Source of the DNA: Convolutriloba macropyga
Lineage: Eukaryota
Direction: 5' to 3'
Length of the DNA stretch: 64,000 nt
Assembly: GCF_964194025.1 (NCBI RefSeq)
Contig: NC_134471.1
Span: 31,558,001 to 31,622,000, forward strand
The number at the start of each line of letters is the position of its first letter. Position 1 is the stretch's first letter. The notes beneath the pieces are model-generated. The model had not been told where the DNA came from and ran no database searches. It was given only the letters and a program-made list of their open reading frames with translations. The position numbers were made by a program, and so were the translations under genes. Shown piece by piece: positions 1 to 14,113 of this stretch.

Positions 1-540
1 ACCAAAAAGTACAAAGGCTACTAGACATGCAACAAACTGAGATTCGACGAGCATATTAGCATAAACTTTAGAGAAGCCAACAGCATATCATTGGTTATCA
101 GTAAAAATTTGTTTTCAAAACAAATCTATCAGCCCTCATAAATAATAACGGCTCCTGCCAGCGCAGATTGTTTCTTGGTATAAAATTTAGTATCCAAATA
201 AAAAAACAGGTCATGACAGAAACAATTAAACGAAGAGCAATTAAATTAGTGAAAAGTGTAAAAAATCTAACGTAACGTTCAAGATTGAGAAAAGTCGAGT
301 TACTAGGACTTGAATATCGACGGAAACCGTCAAAAGTGATTGGTGTATGGAAACTAATTAGTTCCAACTAAAGCCAATTCAATATTGCCGCCCGTTTTTT
401 TAGCATTAAAGAAAGAATTGGTATATGCAATTCATGTCAACTCCAGGTTCCAAAACCACGACAAGAAATTACACAAAAATCCATTGCAGTACAAATAGTC
501 AAGGCTTGGAATAATCTCACAAATTCTCTGATCCAAAACA
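1..540 (+). mobile_element. Decayed CR1/L2 LINE ORF2 3' fragment (also at 2887-3480 and 5824-6417)
   Basis: + strand translates with stops to LRFDEHI..EANS, KRRAIKLVKSVKNLT*RSRLRKVELLGLEYRR and IVKAWNNLP, resembling CR1 C-terminal motifs (QRRATKLV..YEERL..LEYRR, VNAWNSLP). Confidence 0.8.
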
Positions 541-2140
541 TTTGTTGTTGTTGTTGTTGTGGTTTTGCTACTTCCGTCGCAGAATTAATAATCAAAGTCA
601 TTAAGTTTTTAAATATTGTTCACTTATTTCTACAGCGCTGGCAATCACAGAACAGTTGCAAGGCAGATGTTCTTTTTAGAGTAATTTTTGTCAACGAAAA
701 GTCACATCATTACTATTATTCTACTTTTCAGTTCCCAATTTCAACGTGTTTGTCCATTTTGTTTACAAGTCGACAGTTTTTGAAGAAGAACTCTCCTCAA
801 CTTTTTCGATACGTTTTGTTCGAGCATAAAGATGTCATTTTTCGTTTTGCACAAATTCTGGCAGTTCAATGCAGTTCGAATCTTTTTTCATCATCCTTGA
901 CAGAAGCATTATATTGTTTTGTTTAAGAAATATCGGCAATGACAAAATTTTCAGATGTCTCAGTTGGTTTTCATAACTGACATCTCTGAGTCCAGTGATC
1001 CATTTGACAGATTTCTTCTAGAATTTCTCAAGCTGTTTAAGATCAGTTCTTAATTGCGATATGCAAACGAAACCTTTCAACATCACTAGAGGAATTAAGG
1101 ACGTGTAGAGTCCAAGTTTGATCCTTGTTTGTACACCCATTTCAACATTCCTGCAAAGTAGGTAGAGAACTTTGTAGGCTTTCAATTAACCTTTCGACGT
1201 GCACGTTCTAAGTAAAGTCGACACATGAATTCCTAGTTCTTTCCATATCCCTTAGTTCTGTAGTCGGCCATCATTTAGTTTGGAGGACATATCTTTTCCC
1301 ATGAACCTATCTTTCTCGACTTTTTTCACTGCACGATCCATTTTATTGGTTCGCAACCAATTTTGAAATTCATCTTCATATACCTCCCATGTTTCTTTTA
1401 CGGTTGCTAGGAGGAATTAATCTGAGAAATTGAGGGCTTCGGCAAGTGATCAACAAAGATGCAAAAGAAAAGCGGGTCCAAGAGTGATCTTTGAGTTACA
1501 CCAATTGTCACTGTTAGTGTTCGTGATATTGTGTCCTCGAAGCGTACAAATAGTTTTCTTATCATTAAGTAAATGAAAAAGATCTTCAGTTAACGCCCTC
1601 CTACTGATATTCATACAAATTTCTTCAAGAGCTCGTAGTGAGTTACTTGATCCAATGGCTTAGAAAAATCTGTGTAGAACGCCACCACCTCAAATTTGGG
1701 ATCTCTGTCAGGGGCGTCATGTATCTTTTTAAGGAAGGATTGGTTGGGACCGAACAATTTCTTACAAAACCATGCTGATGCACAGTCACCATGCAGCAGA
1801 AGGGGATGTTAAATTCTATTAATAAGCACTTTCCATCTATATCCAGCAGTTAAGCTGGTGTGTAGTTTTTACAGATCTGTCACTTTTCCTGTAAATCGTT
1901 GAAATTACAGCCAATTTTCAGCATTCTGAGATTTTGCGCAAACTTTTCATATTCTTGAAGACTATGGAGAGAGTCCATTTCTTCTTCGCGACTTTGATAT
2001 GTCCTGAGATGACTTTGATATGTCCAGGGATGCGTGAAACTGAACAAAGTGGACGAAAATAAGGATAATTTAGACTGACAACTGATCGGTTTACTATACC
2101 TATCAACAGATTGTCAAGGCACGTCACCGACGTCACTTTT
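541..2140 (-). mobile_element. 5'-truncated decayed CR1-like LINE with (CAA)n tail (also at ~3481-5075 and ~6418-7980)
   Basis: - strand carries RT remnants (QHGF, DFSK-like, GVTQRSLLDPLFFCIFVDHLP ~ GVPQGSLLGPLLFCIFINDLP), a terminal CDCQRC motif, and a (TTG)n tail on + at ~542-560. The 5' boundary is approximate. Confidence 0.8.
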
Positions 2141-5100
2141 AAAGAGCTTGTCCAGAGAACAACCTAAATACCAGAAAATTAAAACATAGAATGAAAACTT
2201 TTCTTTGAAAGAGATGTAGACGAAACAATTGACATCAAGCTATCAAAAACCTGAAACATAGCAAAAGCGAAAATTTTTAGCCATGCGCCGACTGCAGAAA
2301 GACAAATGTTTTGCTGAAAAAACGGCCATGTAGATTTAATTTTATCAATTTACAGAAAATGGGTACTATTTAGTCTAAAAAGAAGTGGGTCTTTTCTGTG
2401 TGTGCCCCATCCCCGCCCCCAGTACGCGTTGCAACCCTCAGCAAACAGAGCACGTGTTATTACAAAATAAATTTGTTGTTGTTGTTGTTGTTGTGGACTT
2501 TCAGGTTGTCCTGAGGTAATTGCGCCATGTTGTTGGATTAGAGTCTTGACCACTGATCTTGGCAGAGGTGGCAATCGCATGCAACAACACACGTTTCGCT
2601 CTGAGAAGTAATTTGGACGATTTTTCATAAGCTTTATAATTCTGGTTTTTAAACCAATAGAATTCAAAAACTCCACTTCAATTCCGATAATTTTGACCAT
2701 CAGGCTCATTCGGTAGAAGAACTCATGTCTGATTCTTTCATTTCTAACCTTTCTGAGATCAAAGAGTAAATTTTTCTCTCTTCTGCGTCTCGCAGATTTG
2801 GAATGGGGCAGGAGTAGAACGTCTGCTCAGGTAAACTCAAAAAAAGTAGGCTGTTCAATTGCAGCTACATAGAGAGAGGCAGTATGTTTTTTGAGCTGTC
2901 GTTCCTTTTCGCAAAATTTTGCTGCAACCAAAAATTAAAAACCAAAAAGTACATAGGCTACTAGACATGTAACAAACTGAGATTCAAAGAACATATTAGT
3001 ATAAACTTTAGAGAAGCCAACAGCATATCATTGGTTATCAGTAAAAATTTGTTTTCAAAACAAATCTATCAGCCCTCATAAATAATAATGGCTCCTGCCA
3101 GCGCAGATTGTTTCTTGGTATAAAATTTAGTATCCAAATAAAAAAACAGGTCATGACAGAAAAAATTAAACGAAGAGCAATTAAATTAGTGAAAAGTGTA
3201 AAAAATCTAACGTAACGTTCAAGATTGAGAAAAGTCGAGTTACTAGGACTTGAATATCGACGGAAACCGTCAAAAGTTATTGGTGTTTGGAAACTAATTA
3301 GTTCCAACTAAAGCCAATTCAATATTGCGGCCCGTTTTTTTAGCATTAAAGAAAGAATTGGTATGTGCAATTCATATCAACTCCAGGTTCCAAAACCACG
3401 ACAAGAAATTACACAAAAATCCAATGCAGTACAAATAGTCAAGGCTTGGAATAATCTCCCAAATTCTCTGATCCAAAACATTTGTTGTTGTTGTTGTGGT
3501 TTTGCTACTTCCGTCGCAGAGTTAATAATCAAAGTCATTAAGTTTTTAAATATTGTTCACTTATTTCTACAGCGCTGGCAATCACAGAACAGTTGCAAGT
3601 CCCACGTTCTTTTTAGAGTAATTTTCGTTAACGAAAAGTCACATCATTGCTATTAATCTATTTTTCAGTTCCCAATTTCAACGTGCTTGTCCATTCTCTT
3701 TACAAGTCGACAGTTTTTGAAGAAGAACTCTCCTCAACTTTTTCGATACGTTTTATTCGAGCATAAAGATGTCATTTTTCGTTTTGCACAAATTCTGGCA
3801 GTTCAATGCAGTTCGAATATTTGTTCATCATCCTTGACAGAAGCATTATATTGTTTTGTTTAAGAAATATCGGCAACGACAAAATTTTCAGATGTCTCAG
3901 TTGGTTTTCATAACTGACATCTCTGAGTCCAGTGATCCATTTGACAGATTTCTTCTAGAATTTCTCAAGCTGTTTAAGATCAGTTCTTAATTGCGATATG
4001 CAAACGAAACCTTTCAACATCACTAGAGGAATTAAGGACGTGTAGAGTCCAAGTTTGATCCTTGCTTGTACACCCATTTCAACATTCCTGCAAAGTAGGT
4101 AGAGAACTTTGTAGGCTTTCAATTAACCTTTCGACGTGCACGTTCTAAGTAAAGTCGACACATGAATTCCTAGTTCTTTCCATATCCCTTAGTTCTGTAG
4201 TCGGCCATCATTTAGTTTGGAGGACATATCTTTTCCCATGAACCTATCTTTCTCGACTTTTTTCACTGCACGATCCATTTTATTGGTTCGCAACCAATTT
4301 TGAAATTCATCTTCATATACCTCCCATGTTTCTTTTACGGTTGCTAGGAGGAATTAATCTGAGAAATTGAGGGCTTCGGCAAGTGATCAACAAAGATGCA
4401 AAAGAAAAGCGGGTCCAAGAGTGATCTTTGATTTACACCAATTGTCACTGTTAGTGTTCGTGATATTGTGTCCTCGAAGCGTACAAATAGTTTTCTTATC
4501 ATTAAGTAAATGAAAAAGATCTTCAGTTAACGCCCTCCTACTGATATTCATACAAATTTCTTCAAGAGCTCGTAGTGAGTTATTTGATCGAATGGCTTAG
4601 ACAAATCTGTGTAGAACGCCACCACCTCAAATTTGGGATCTCTGTCAGGGGCGTCATGTATCTTTTTAAGGAAAGATTGGTTGGGACCGACCAATTTCTT
4701 ACAAAACCATGCTGATGCACAGTCACCATGCAGCAGAAGGGGATGTTAAATTCTATATATAAGCACTTTCCATCTATATCCAGCAGTTAAGCTGGTGTGT
4801 AGTTTTTACAGATCTGTCACTTTTCCTGTAAATCGTTGAAATTACAGCCAATTTTCAGCATTCTGGGATTTCGCGCAAACTTTTCATATTCTTGAAGACT
4901 ATGGAGAGAGTCCAATTCTTCTTCGCGACTTTGATATGTCCTGAGATGACTTTGATATGTCCAGGGATGCGTGAAACTGAACAAAGTGGACGAAAATAAG
5001 GATAATTTAGACTGACAACTGATCGGTTTACTATACCTATCAACAGATTGTCAAGGCACGTCACCGACGTCACTTTTAAAGAGCTTGTCCAGAGAACAAC

Positions 5101-8100
5101 CTAAATACCAGAAAATTAAAACATAGAATGAAAACTTTTCTTTGAAAGAGATGTAGACGAAACAATTGACATCAAGCTATCAAAAACCTGAAACATAGCA
5201 AAAGCGAAAATTTTTAGCCATGCGCCGACTGCAGAAAGACAAATGTTTTGCTGAAAAAACGGCCATGTAGATTTAATTTTATCAATTTACAGAAAATGGG
5301 TACTATTTAGTCTAAAAAGAAGTGGGTCTTTTCTGTGTGTGCCCCATCCCCGCCCCCAGTACGCGTTGCAACCCTCAGCAAACAGAGCACGTGTTATTAC
5401 AAAATAAATTTGTTGTTGTTGTTGTTGTTGTGGACTTTCAGGTTGTCCTGAGGTAATTGCGCCATGTTGTTGGATTAGAGTCTTGACCACTGATCTTGGC
5501 AGAGGTGGCAATCGCATGCAACAACACACGTTTCGCTCTGAGAAGTAATTTGGACGATTTTTCATAAGCTTTATAATTCTGGTTTTTAAACCAATAGAAT
5601 TCAAAAACTCCACTTCAATTCCGATAATTTTGACCATCAGGCTCATTCGGTAGAAGAACTCATGTCTGATTCTTTCATTTCTAACCTTTCTGAGATCAAA
5701 GAGTAAATTTTTCTCTCTTCTGCGTCTCGCAGATTTGGAATGGGGCAGGAGTAGAACGTCTGCTCAGGTAAACTCAAAAAAAGTAGGCTGTTCAATTGCA
5801 GCTACATAGAGAGAGGCAGTATGTTTTTTGAGCTGTCGTTCCTTTTCGCAAAATTTTGCTGCAACCAAAAATTAAAAACCAAAAAGTACATAGGCTACTA
5901 GACATGTAACAAACTGAGATTCAAAGAACATATTAGTATAAACTTTAGAGAAGCCAACAGCATATCATTGGTTATCAGTAAAAATTTGTTTTCAAAACAA
6001 ATCTATCAGCCCTCATAAATAATAATGGCTCCTGCCAGCGCAGATTGTTTCTTGGTATAAAATTTAGTATCCAAATAAAAAAACAGGTCATGACAGAAAA
6101 AATTAAACGAAGAGCAATTAAATTAGTGAAAAGTGTAAAAAATCTAACGTAACGTTCAAGATTGAAAAAAGTCGAGTTACTAGGACTTGAATATCGACGG
6201 AAACCGTCAAAAGTGATTGGTGTTTGGAAACTAATTAGTTCCAACTAAAGCCAATTCAATATTGCGGCCCGTTTTTTTAGCATTAAAGAAAGAATTGGTA
6301 TGTGCAATTCATATCAACTCCAGGTTCCAAAACCACGACAAGAAATTACACAAAAATCCAATGCAGTACAAATAGTCAAGGCTTGGAATAATCTCCCAAA
6401 TTCTCTGATCCAAAACATTTGTTGTTGTTGTTGTTGTGGTTTTGCTACTTCCGTCGCAGAGTTAATAATCAAAGTCATTAGGTTTTTAAATATTGTTCAC
6501 TTATTTCTACAGCGCTGGCAATCACAGAACAGTTGCAAGTCCGACGTTCTTTTTAGAGTAATTTTCGTTAACGAAAAGTCACATCATTGCTATTAATCTA
6601 TTTTTCAGTTCCCAATTTCAACGTGCTTGTCCATTCTCTTTACAAGTCGACAGTTTTTGAAGAAGAACTCTCCTCAACTTTTTCGATACGTTTTATTCGA
6701 GCATAAAGATGTCAATTTTCGTTTTGCACAAATTCTGGCAGTTCAATGCAGTTCGAATCTTTGTTCATCATCCTTGACAGAAGCATTATATTGTTTTGTT
6801 TAAGAAATATCGGCAATGACAAAAATTTTCAGATGTCTCAGTTGGTTTTCAGAACTGACATCTCTGAGTCCAGTGATCCATTTGACAGATTTCTTCTAGA
6901 ATTTCTCAAGCTGTTTAAGATCAGTTCTTAATTGCGATATGCAAACGAAACCTTTCAACATCACTAGAGGAATTAAGGACGTGTAGAGTCCAAGTTTGAT
7001 CCTTGTTTGTACACCCATTTCAACATTCCTGCAAAGTAGGTAGAGAACTTTGTAGGCTTTCAATTAACCTTTCGACGTGCACGTTCTAAGTAAAGTCGAC
7101 ACATGAATTCCTAGTTCTTTCCATATCCCTTAGTTCTGTAGTCGGCCATCATTTAGTTTGGAGGACATATCTTTTCCCATGAACCTATCTTTCTCGACTT
7201 TTTTCACTGCACGATCCATTTTATTGGTTCGCAACCAATTTTGAAATTCATCTTCATATACCTCCCATGTTTCTTTTACGGTTGCTAGGAGGAATTAATC
7301 TGAGAAATTGAGGGCTTCGGCAAGTGATCAACAAAGATGCAAAAGAAAAGCGGGTCCAAGAGTGATCTTTGAGTTACACCAATTGTCACTGTTAGTGTTC
7401 GTGATATTGTGTCCTCGAAGCGTACAAAATAGTTTTCTTATCATTAAGTAAATGAAAAAGATCTTCAGTTAACGCCCTCCTACTGATATTCATACAAATT
7501 TCTTCAAGAGCTCGTAGTGAGTTACTTGATCCAATGGCTTAGAAAAATCTGTGTAGAACGCCACCACCTCAAATTTGGGATCTCTGTCAGGGGCGTCATG
7601 TATCTTTTTAAGGAAAGATTGGTTGGGACCGAACAATTTCTTACAAAACCATGCTGATGCACAGCCACCATGCAGCAGAAGGGGATGTTAAATTCTATAT
7701 ATAAGCACTTTCCATCTATATCCAGCAGTTAAGCTGGTGTGTAGTTTTTACAGATCTGTCACTTTTCCTGTAAATCGTTGAAATTACAGCCAATTTTCAG
7801 CATTCTGAGATTCTTCGCAAACTTTTCACATTCTTGAAAACTATGGAGGGAGATGACTTTGAATTGTCCAGGGATGCGTGAAACTGAACAAAGTGGAGGA
7901 AAATAAGGATAATTTAGACTGACAACAAATCGGTTTACTATACCTATCAACAGATTGTCAAGGCACGTGACCGACGTAACTTTTAAAGAGCTTGTCCAGA
8001 GGACAACCTAAATACCAGAAAATTAAAACAGAGAAAGAAAACTTTTCTTTGAAAGAGATGTAGACGAAACAATTGACAGCAAGCCTTCAAAAACCTGAAA

Positions 8101-8315
8101 CATGGCAAAAACGAAAATTTTTAGCCATGCGCCGACTGCAGAAAGACAAATGTTTTGCTGAAAAAACGGCCATGTAGATTTAATTTTATCAATTTGCAGA
8201 AAATTGGTACTATTTAGACTAAAAAGAAGTGGGTCTTTTCCATGTGTGCCCCATCCCCGCCCCCAGTACGCGTTGCAACCCTCAGCAAACAGAGCACGTG
8301 TTATTACAAAATAAA

Positions 8316-11300
8316 TTTGTTGTTGTTGTTGTTGTTTTTGTTATGGACTTTCAGGTTGTCCTGAGGTAATTTCGGCATGTTGTTGGACTAGAGTCTTGAC
8401 CACTTTTCTTGGCAGAGGTGGCAATCGCATGCAACAACACACGTTTCGCTCTGAGAAGTAGTTTAAACGATTTTTCATGAGCTTTATAATTCTGGTTTTT
8501 AAACCAATGGGATTCAAAAACTTTACTTCATTTCCGATAATTTTGACCATCAGGCTCAATCGGTAGAAGAACTCATGTCTGATTCTTTCATTGCTGACCT
8601 TTCTGAGATCAAAGAGTAAATTTTTCTCTCTTCTGCGTCACGCAGATTTGGAATGGGGCAGGAGTAGAACGTCTGCTCAAGTAAACTCAAAAAGAAAAGC
8701 AGGCTGTTCAATTGCAGCTACATAGAGAGAGGCAGTATGCCCACTCGTAACAGAAGCTCCTCGTAGTTAAGTTTGTAGTTGTTCGTTATCCCCTTCATTA
8801 CTATCCTTTGAAACTCCTTTAGGTTCTGCAGTGTGCAATTGGTTTTAGCACTCAATATCCTTTCAAATTCAATGATTTCGTACCGATACTGACTGCCCTT
8901 GGGTCTATTGTAGAGACTATCAACGAAGATGAAATTGTTGTTCATCTTAAATCTTTAATCTTTCAAATCGGCTGTAGCAACGATTCGTAAAGACACGTCT
9001 TGATTTTCTCGTTCACTTTGTGCGGCAGTTCTTCCCAAACAAAAAAACTTGTTGGTCTTTTTTAATCGATTTTCCAAATGCTCAGACTGTGTTAGCGAAG
9101 GACAAACAACTACACGAAGGTCGGTTACTGCGTTCGATGACTCTAGAGAAAACTTGGTATACGTCCTTTAATGACTAATTGAGAACATTTATTTGGTGCC
9201 AGTTCTATCTTGTTTTCCATCACCCCTCGTGAAACTTGTTCGCGGTTAGATTGAAACTCTGACTCAAAAATTCCGTCTGCCAAGAAATTGAAACCATCCG
9301 CAACCCAAACAAGATTGCCGAAATTGACGACAACTGGAAGATCATTCACGAAAATGCAGAGCAGTAGCGGCCCCAAGAGAGAACTTAGGGGAAATTCACT
9401 GGTAATGTCCAATGTCCTTTAGGAGACATTGTCCACTGTCACGAACTTCATGCATTCATCAAAGTAACTCGCCAGCACTTCTAACAGACAACCTCCAACT
9501 CAAACATCAGCTATTTTCTTTATCAGCTCTAAATGAGGAGCCTTATCGAAGGCTTCTGAGAAATTGGCGTAGACAGCCACAATTTGTTCATTTGAGTTGT
9601 CATCTATTGCTTGATTGAGTTTCTGCAAAAAACCAACCATGTTGGTTGCGACAGCTCTCTCTTTCACAAAACCACAAAATCATGATTACCGTTGACAAGT
9701 TGTTACAAAAATGATTCATCAGTGGCTCGTGAAAGCATTTCTCGATCACTTTGCTGGCTATAATAGCAACACAGATCTGTAATTGTCGACTTCGGTTCTA
9801 TGTCCCTTTTTGAAAATCGGTGAAGCTGACGCAAATTTTCACTGGTTTTGTATCTTTTATCGTATTTCGACATCCAATGAGATGCGGGAGCAGGTCGAAA
9901 ATTTAATTCTTGCTGAAATAGACTGGAATCCAGCAGATCAATAAATCGGCTTTATTCTCTTCTGTTGCCCAACAAATTGTGCCAGTTTTTGGACGAAAAG
10001 TTGAGGTCTTAGAACGGGATAGAAGCGTCCCTTTTATTGGGTATTGCACTCAATATCCTCTCAATGTCAATGATTTTGTACCGATACTGACTGCCTTTGG
10101 TTCGATTGTAGAGACTATCATTGAAGATGAATTTGTTGTTCATCTTCAATCTTTAATCTTACAAATCGGCTGTAGCAACGATTCGTAGACACACATCTTG
10201 ATTTTCTCGTTCACTTTGTTTGGCAGTTCTTCTCAAATAAAAAATAACTTGTTGGTCTTTTTAATCCATTTCCGAAATGCTCAGGCCGTGTTAGCGAAGG
10301 ATTAACAACTACATGAAGGTCGGCTACCGCAATTGATGACCCTAGAGGGCCTCCAGCAAGTTGAAAACTTGGTATACGTCCTTCAATGACTAATTGAGAA
10401 CACTTATTTGGTGCTAGTTCCCTTTTGTTTTCTATCAACCCTCGTGCAACTTGTTCGAGGTTAGATTGAATCTCTGACTCCAGATTTCCGTTTGCCAAGA
10501 AATTGAAATCATCCGCAACCCGAAAAAAATTGCCGAAATTGACGACAACTGGAAGATCATTCACGAAAATGCAGAACAGTGGCGCCCCAAGAGAGAACTT
10601 AGGGGAAAACCACTGCTAATATCCAATGTCCTTGAGGACACATTGTCCACTGTCACGAACTTCATGCGTTCATCAAGCTACCTCGCCAGCACTTCTAACA
10701 GACAACCTCCCACTCAAACATCAGCTACTTTCTTTATCAGCTCAAAATGAGGAGCCTTATCGAAGACTTCTGAGAAATTGGCGTAGACAGCCACAATTTG
10801 TTCATTTGAGTTGTCATCTATTGCTTGATTGAGTTTCTGCAAAAAGCCAACCATGTTGGTTGCGGCAGATCTCTCTTTCACAAAACCACAAAACCATGAT
10901 GACCGTTGACAAGTTGTTACAAAAATGATTCATCAGTGGCTCGTGAAAGCATTTCTCGATCAATTTGCTGGCTATAATAACAACACAGATCTGTAATTGT
11001 CGACTTGGCTTCTATGTCCCTTCTTGAAAATCGGTGAAGCTGACGCAAATTTTCACTGGTTTGGTATCTTCTATCGTATTTCGACATCCAATGAGATGCG
11101 GGAGCAGGTCGAAACTTTAATTCTTGCTGAAATAAATTGGAATCCAGCAGATCAATAAATCGGCTTTATTCTCTTCTGTTGCCAAACAAATTTTGCCAGT
11201 TTTTGGACGAAAAGTTGAGGTCTTAGCACGGGATAGAAGCGTCCCTTTTATTGGGTATTGCACTCAATATCCTCTCAATGTCAATGATTTTGTACCGATA

Positions 11301-13885
11301 CTGACTGCCTTTGGTTCGATTGTAGAGACTATCATTGAAGATGAATTTGTTGTTCATCTTCAATCTTTAATCTTACAAATCGGCTGTAGCAACGATTCGT
11401 ACACACACATCTTGATTTTCTCGTTCACTTTGTTTGGCAGTTCTTCTCAAATAAAAAATAACTTGTTGGTCTTTTTAATCCATTTCCGAAATGCTCAGGC
11501 CGTGTTAGCGAAGGATTAACAACTACATGAAGGTCGGCTACCGCAATTGATGACCCTAGAGGGCCTCCAGCAAGTTGAAAACTTGGTATACGTCCTTCAA
11601 TGGCTAATTGAGAACACTTATTTTGTGCCAGTTCCCTTTTGTTTTCTATCAACCCTCGTGCAACTTGTTCGAGGTTAAATTGAATCTTTGACTCAAGATT
11701 TCCGTTTGCCAAGAAATTGAAATCATCCGCAACCCGAAAAGGATTGCCGAAATTGACGACAACTGGAAGATCATTCACAAAAATGCAGAACAATGGCGGC
11801 CCCAAGAGCGAACTTAGGGGAAAACCACTGGTAATATCAAATGTCCTTGCGGAGACATTGTCCACTGTCACGAACTTCATGCGTTCGTCAAGCTAACTCG
11901 CCAGCACTTCTAACAGACAACCTCCAACTCAAAAATTAGCTACTTTCTTTATCAGCTCAAAATGAGGAGCCTTATTGAAGACTTCTGAGAAATTGGCGTA
12001 GACAGCCACAATTTGTTCTTTTGAGTTGTCATCTATTGCTTGATTGGGTTTCTGCAAAAAACCAACCATGTTGGTTGCGACAGATCTCTTTTTCACAAAA
12101 CCATGTTGACCGTTGACAAGTTGTTACAAACACGATTCATCAGTAGCTCGTAAAACCATTTGTTGATCACTTTGCTGGCTATAATAGCGACAGAGATCGG
12201 TAATTGTTGACTTGGCTCTTATGTCTTTTCTTGAAAATTGGTGAGACTAACGCAACTTTCCACTGGTTTAGTGTCTTTTGTAACCTCTTGATGCTCTTGA
12301 AAACTCTTTGGAGAGTTTTGATCATTTGAGCCGTTGTTTGCTTGTAAACGATTGGTTGTAAACCATCTGACCCACGAGTCTTTGTAATGTCAAATAAGAG
12401 AAGGATCTGTAATTTTCTATACGAAACGGAGAAATTTGTCAAAACAGGATTCTTGCAATTTATTTCCTTAATGTTGATCTCTTTTTTCGGAGGAAACATT
12501 AAAAGGAAAAACTGATGCAAAAGATCGGCTTTATGTTGGCTATCATGTTCTTTCAGGCCAAGTGATTTCTTCAAGTAAAGTTGAAGAATTATTCAAAGAT
12601 TTCAAGTGTTTGAAGACAGCATCGGTGTTTCTGTTGCTCATCAGCGCTTTTTGATACGCCTTTCGATCCTTTTTACATTCTTCTGCGACACTGTTCTCTA
12701 ACTGTGTCACTTTCAGCTTCCGATAGCGAGTCGGTTTCTATGCCGTGATGTCCTTTTACGTCTTCAACCGTTTCAAGGGGTTTGAAGTTGATGATGTTAT
12801 CCAGTGACACAAAATTTGACGTTGTCTGGATCTAAGCAGGACATGCTCAACAGTTAATTGATCCACGTGGTCGTTGAACTCAGGGCAAAAATTGTTTATG
12901 TTTGAGAAACAGACGAGGTTAACGCACGATCGATTCATAGTGTTTCGCACCCCTGCGTAGTTCACAGAGCCGAACCTCTTGGAATTTTGGAGGAGAGTCT
13001 TAGATACCCCAATAGAACAATGGACTGACAAGTTTCAGGTACGTGTTTTTGTTGTATGAGTCGTCTATAGACATAGCGGACAACCAAAAGACATTCTGCT
13101 GCGCCTCTGGCTAGCACGAGAACTTCATATTCATTGTTCATTGTTCAAAACAACGTCTTAGATTGCAACAACTTTTATTGAAATTTCTCAGTCGTCGCTA
13201 TTGCTCAATTTTCGGGCTGAACTCAAGAGAGTTCAAGACTTCTATCAACTTCTCGTTCGTTGGCACAAGTTTCACTCCTTTACATTTCTGGACCCTGGAG
13301 AATCCCTTGCACTCTAAAGCTTGACTGAAAGCAGCGATCAACGGACTTGCTTGACTTTCCCTTGCCTTCACCTGGCTTCTCACGTGATGATAACGTGGCA
13401 TATTTCGCAGCAACATCCGCGTAGTTTATTTCAGTTTTCTGCAATGCCTCGTTTACAGAGACCTGAATTGGGTCTTCAACTACTTGAGTCAGTTTTTGCT
13501 CAATCATCAACTTTTTGACGAGCTCGAGGCTTTTAACTGATTCTTCTATTTGCTTTGCTATATCAGACTCTAGTTGTCGCTGCCGTTTGCCGGTCTCTAC
13601 ACACTTTTTGCAGAAGAGTAACACGTTTGCCCCAAGCTCTTTTACGCCATTTATTGCTACACTAGACGAACCTGTACAGATTGCTTCCAAATGCAAATCA
13701 CAAATGCAACTCACACAGTGATAGTTGGTTCATTGTCGTTGATTTTCTTCGTAAACGTACGACACGAGCGCTACAGTTTCTCAATAACTGCGTGCACCTA
13801 TAACCAATACTTTAAAGGTCATCAATGCACGATCACAAACTGAGAAAACTTAATCAGTGGTCAAGACTCTATTCAGAAGCCGGCG
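8316..13885 (-). mobile_element. Decayed CR1/L2-clade LINE: PHD-like ORF1, ORF2 lacking most of the endonuclease, triplicated RT segment, (CAA)n tail; its 3' end is also copied at 2472-2886 and 5409-5823
   Basis: ORF1 13280-13714 (C..C..H..C...LLFCKKC). Pre-RT KADLLHQFF and QWKVALVSPIFKK..NNYRSLSLL (12179-12574). RT SLLGPLLLCIFVNDLP/ADD. 3' YEELLLRVGILPLSM, CDCHLC motif and (TTG)n at 8316-8335. Confidence 0.9.
8848..12290. repeat. Internal tandem triplication of the LINE RT region, period ~1.2 kb
   Basis: GCACTCAATATCC at 8848, 10046 and 11260 (periods 1198 and 1214). ORF pairs 9412/10626 and 9979/11193 are offset by 1214. Confidence 0.95.
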
Positions 13886-14113
13886 CTTGGTGTTTCAATG
13901 TCTTTTGCCTTCTTTCAGAAAGTCGGTTCTTCTGTTCCGTCAAAGAAAGCTGACTGGCTAAATTCTTGTTGACAATGGAGATTTGAGTGCCAATTGACGG
14001 ACCACACGAAATTGCTGTAACAGCTCAACGTCCGTGATCTAACCTTCGTCTAGTTGAGTAGGGTAGTGACTGAGTGGGTCGATTCAAAGAACTTACAGCA
14101 AAAAAATAATTTT

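Larger units (their letters stand above)
1..8739. repeat. Tandem array of ~2.94-kb units (3 copies visible, may continue left of the window), built mostly of CR1/L2 LINE fragments
   Basis: ACCAAAAAGTAC..GGCTACTAGAC recurs at 1, 2941 and 5878; ORFs recur at 98/3038/5975 and 2350/5287. The junction GGCAGTATG|TTTTTTGAGC is at 2886/2887 and 5823/5824; copy 3 instead continues into LINE ORF2 after 8739. Confidence 0.97.

Noticed and set aside
2350-2709. Poly-Q ORF (also 5287-5646) and poly-C ORFs (3363, 6300)
   Set aside because: These are translations through the (CAA)n/(TTG)n LINE tails.
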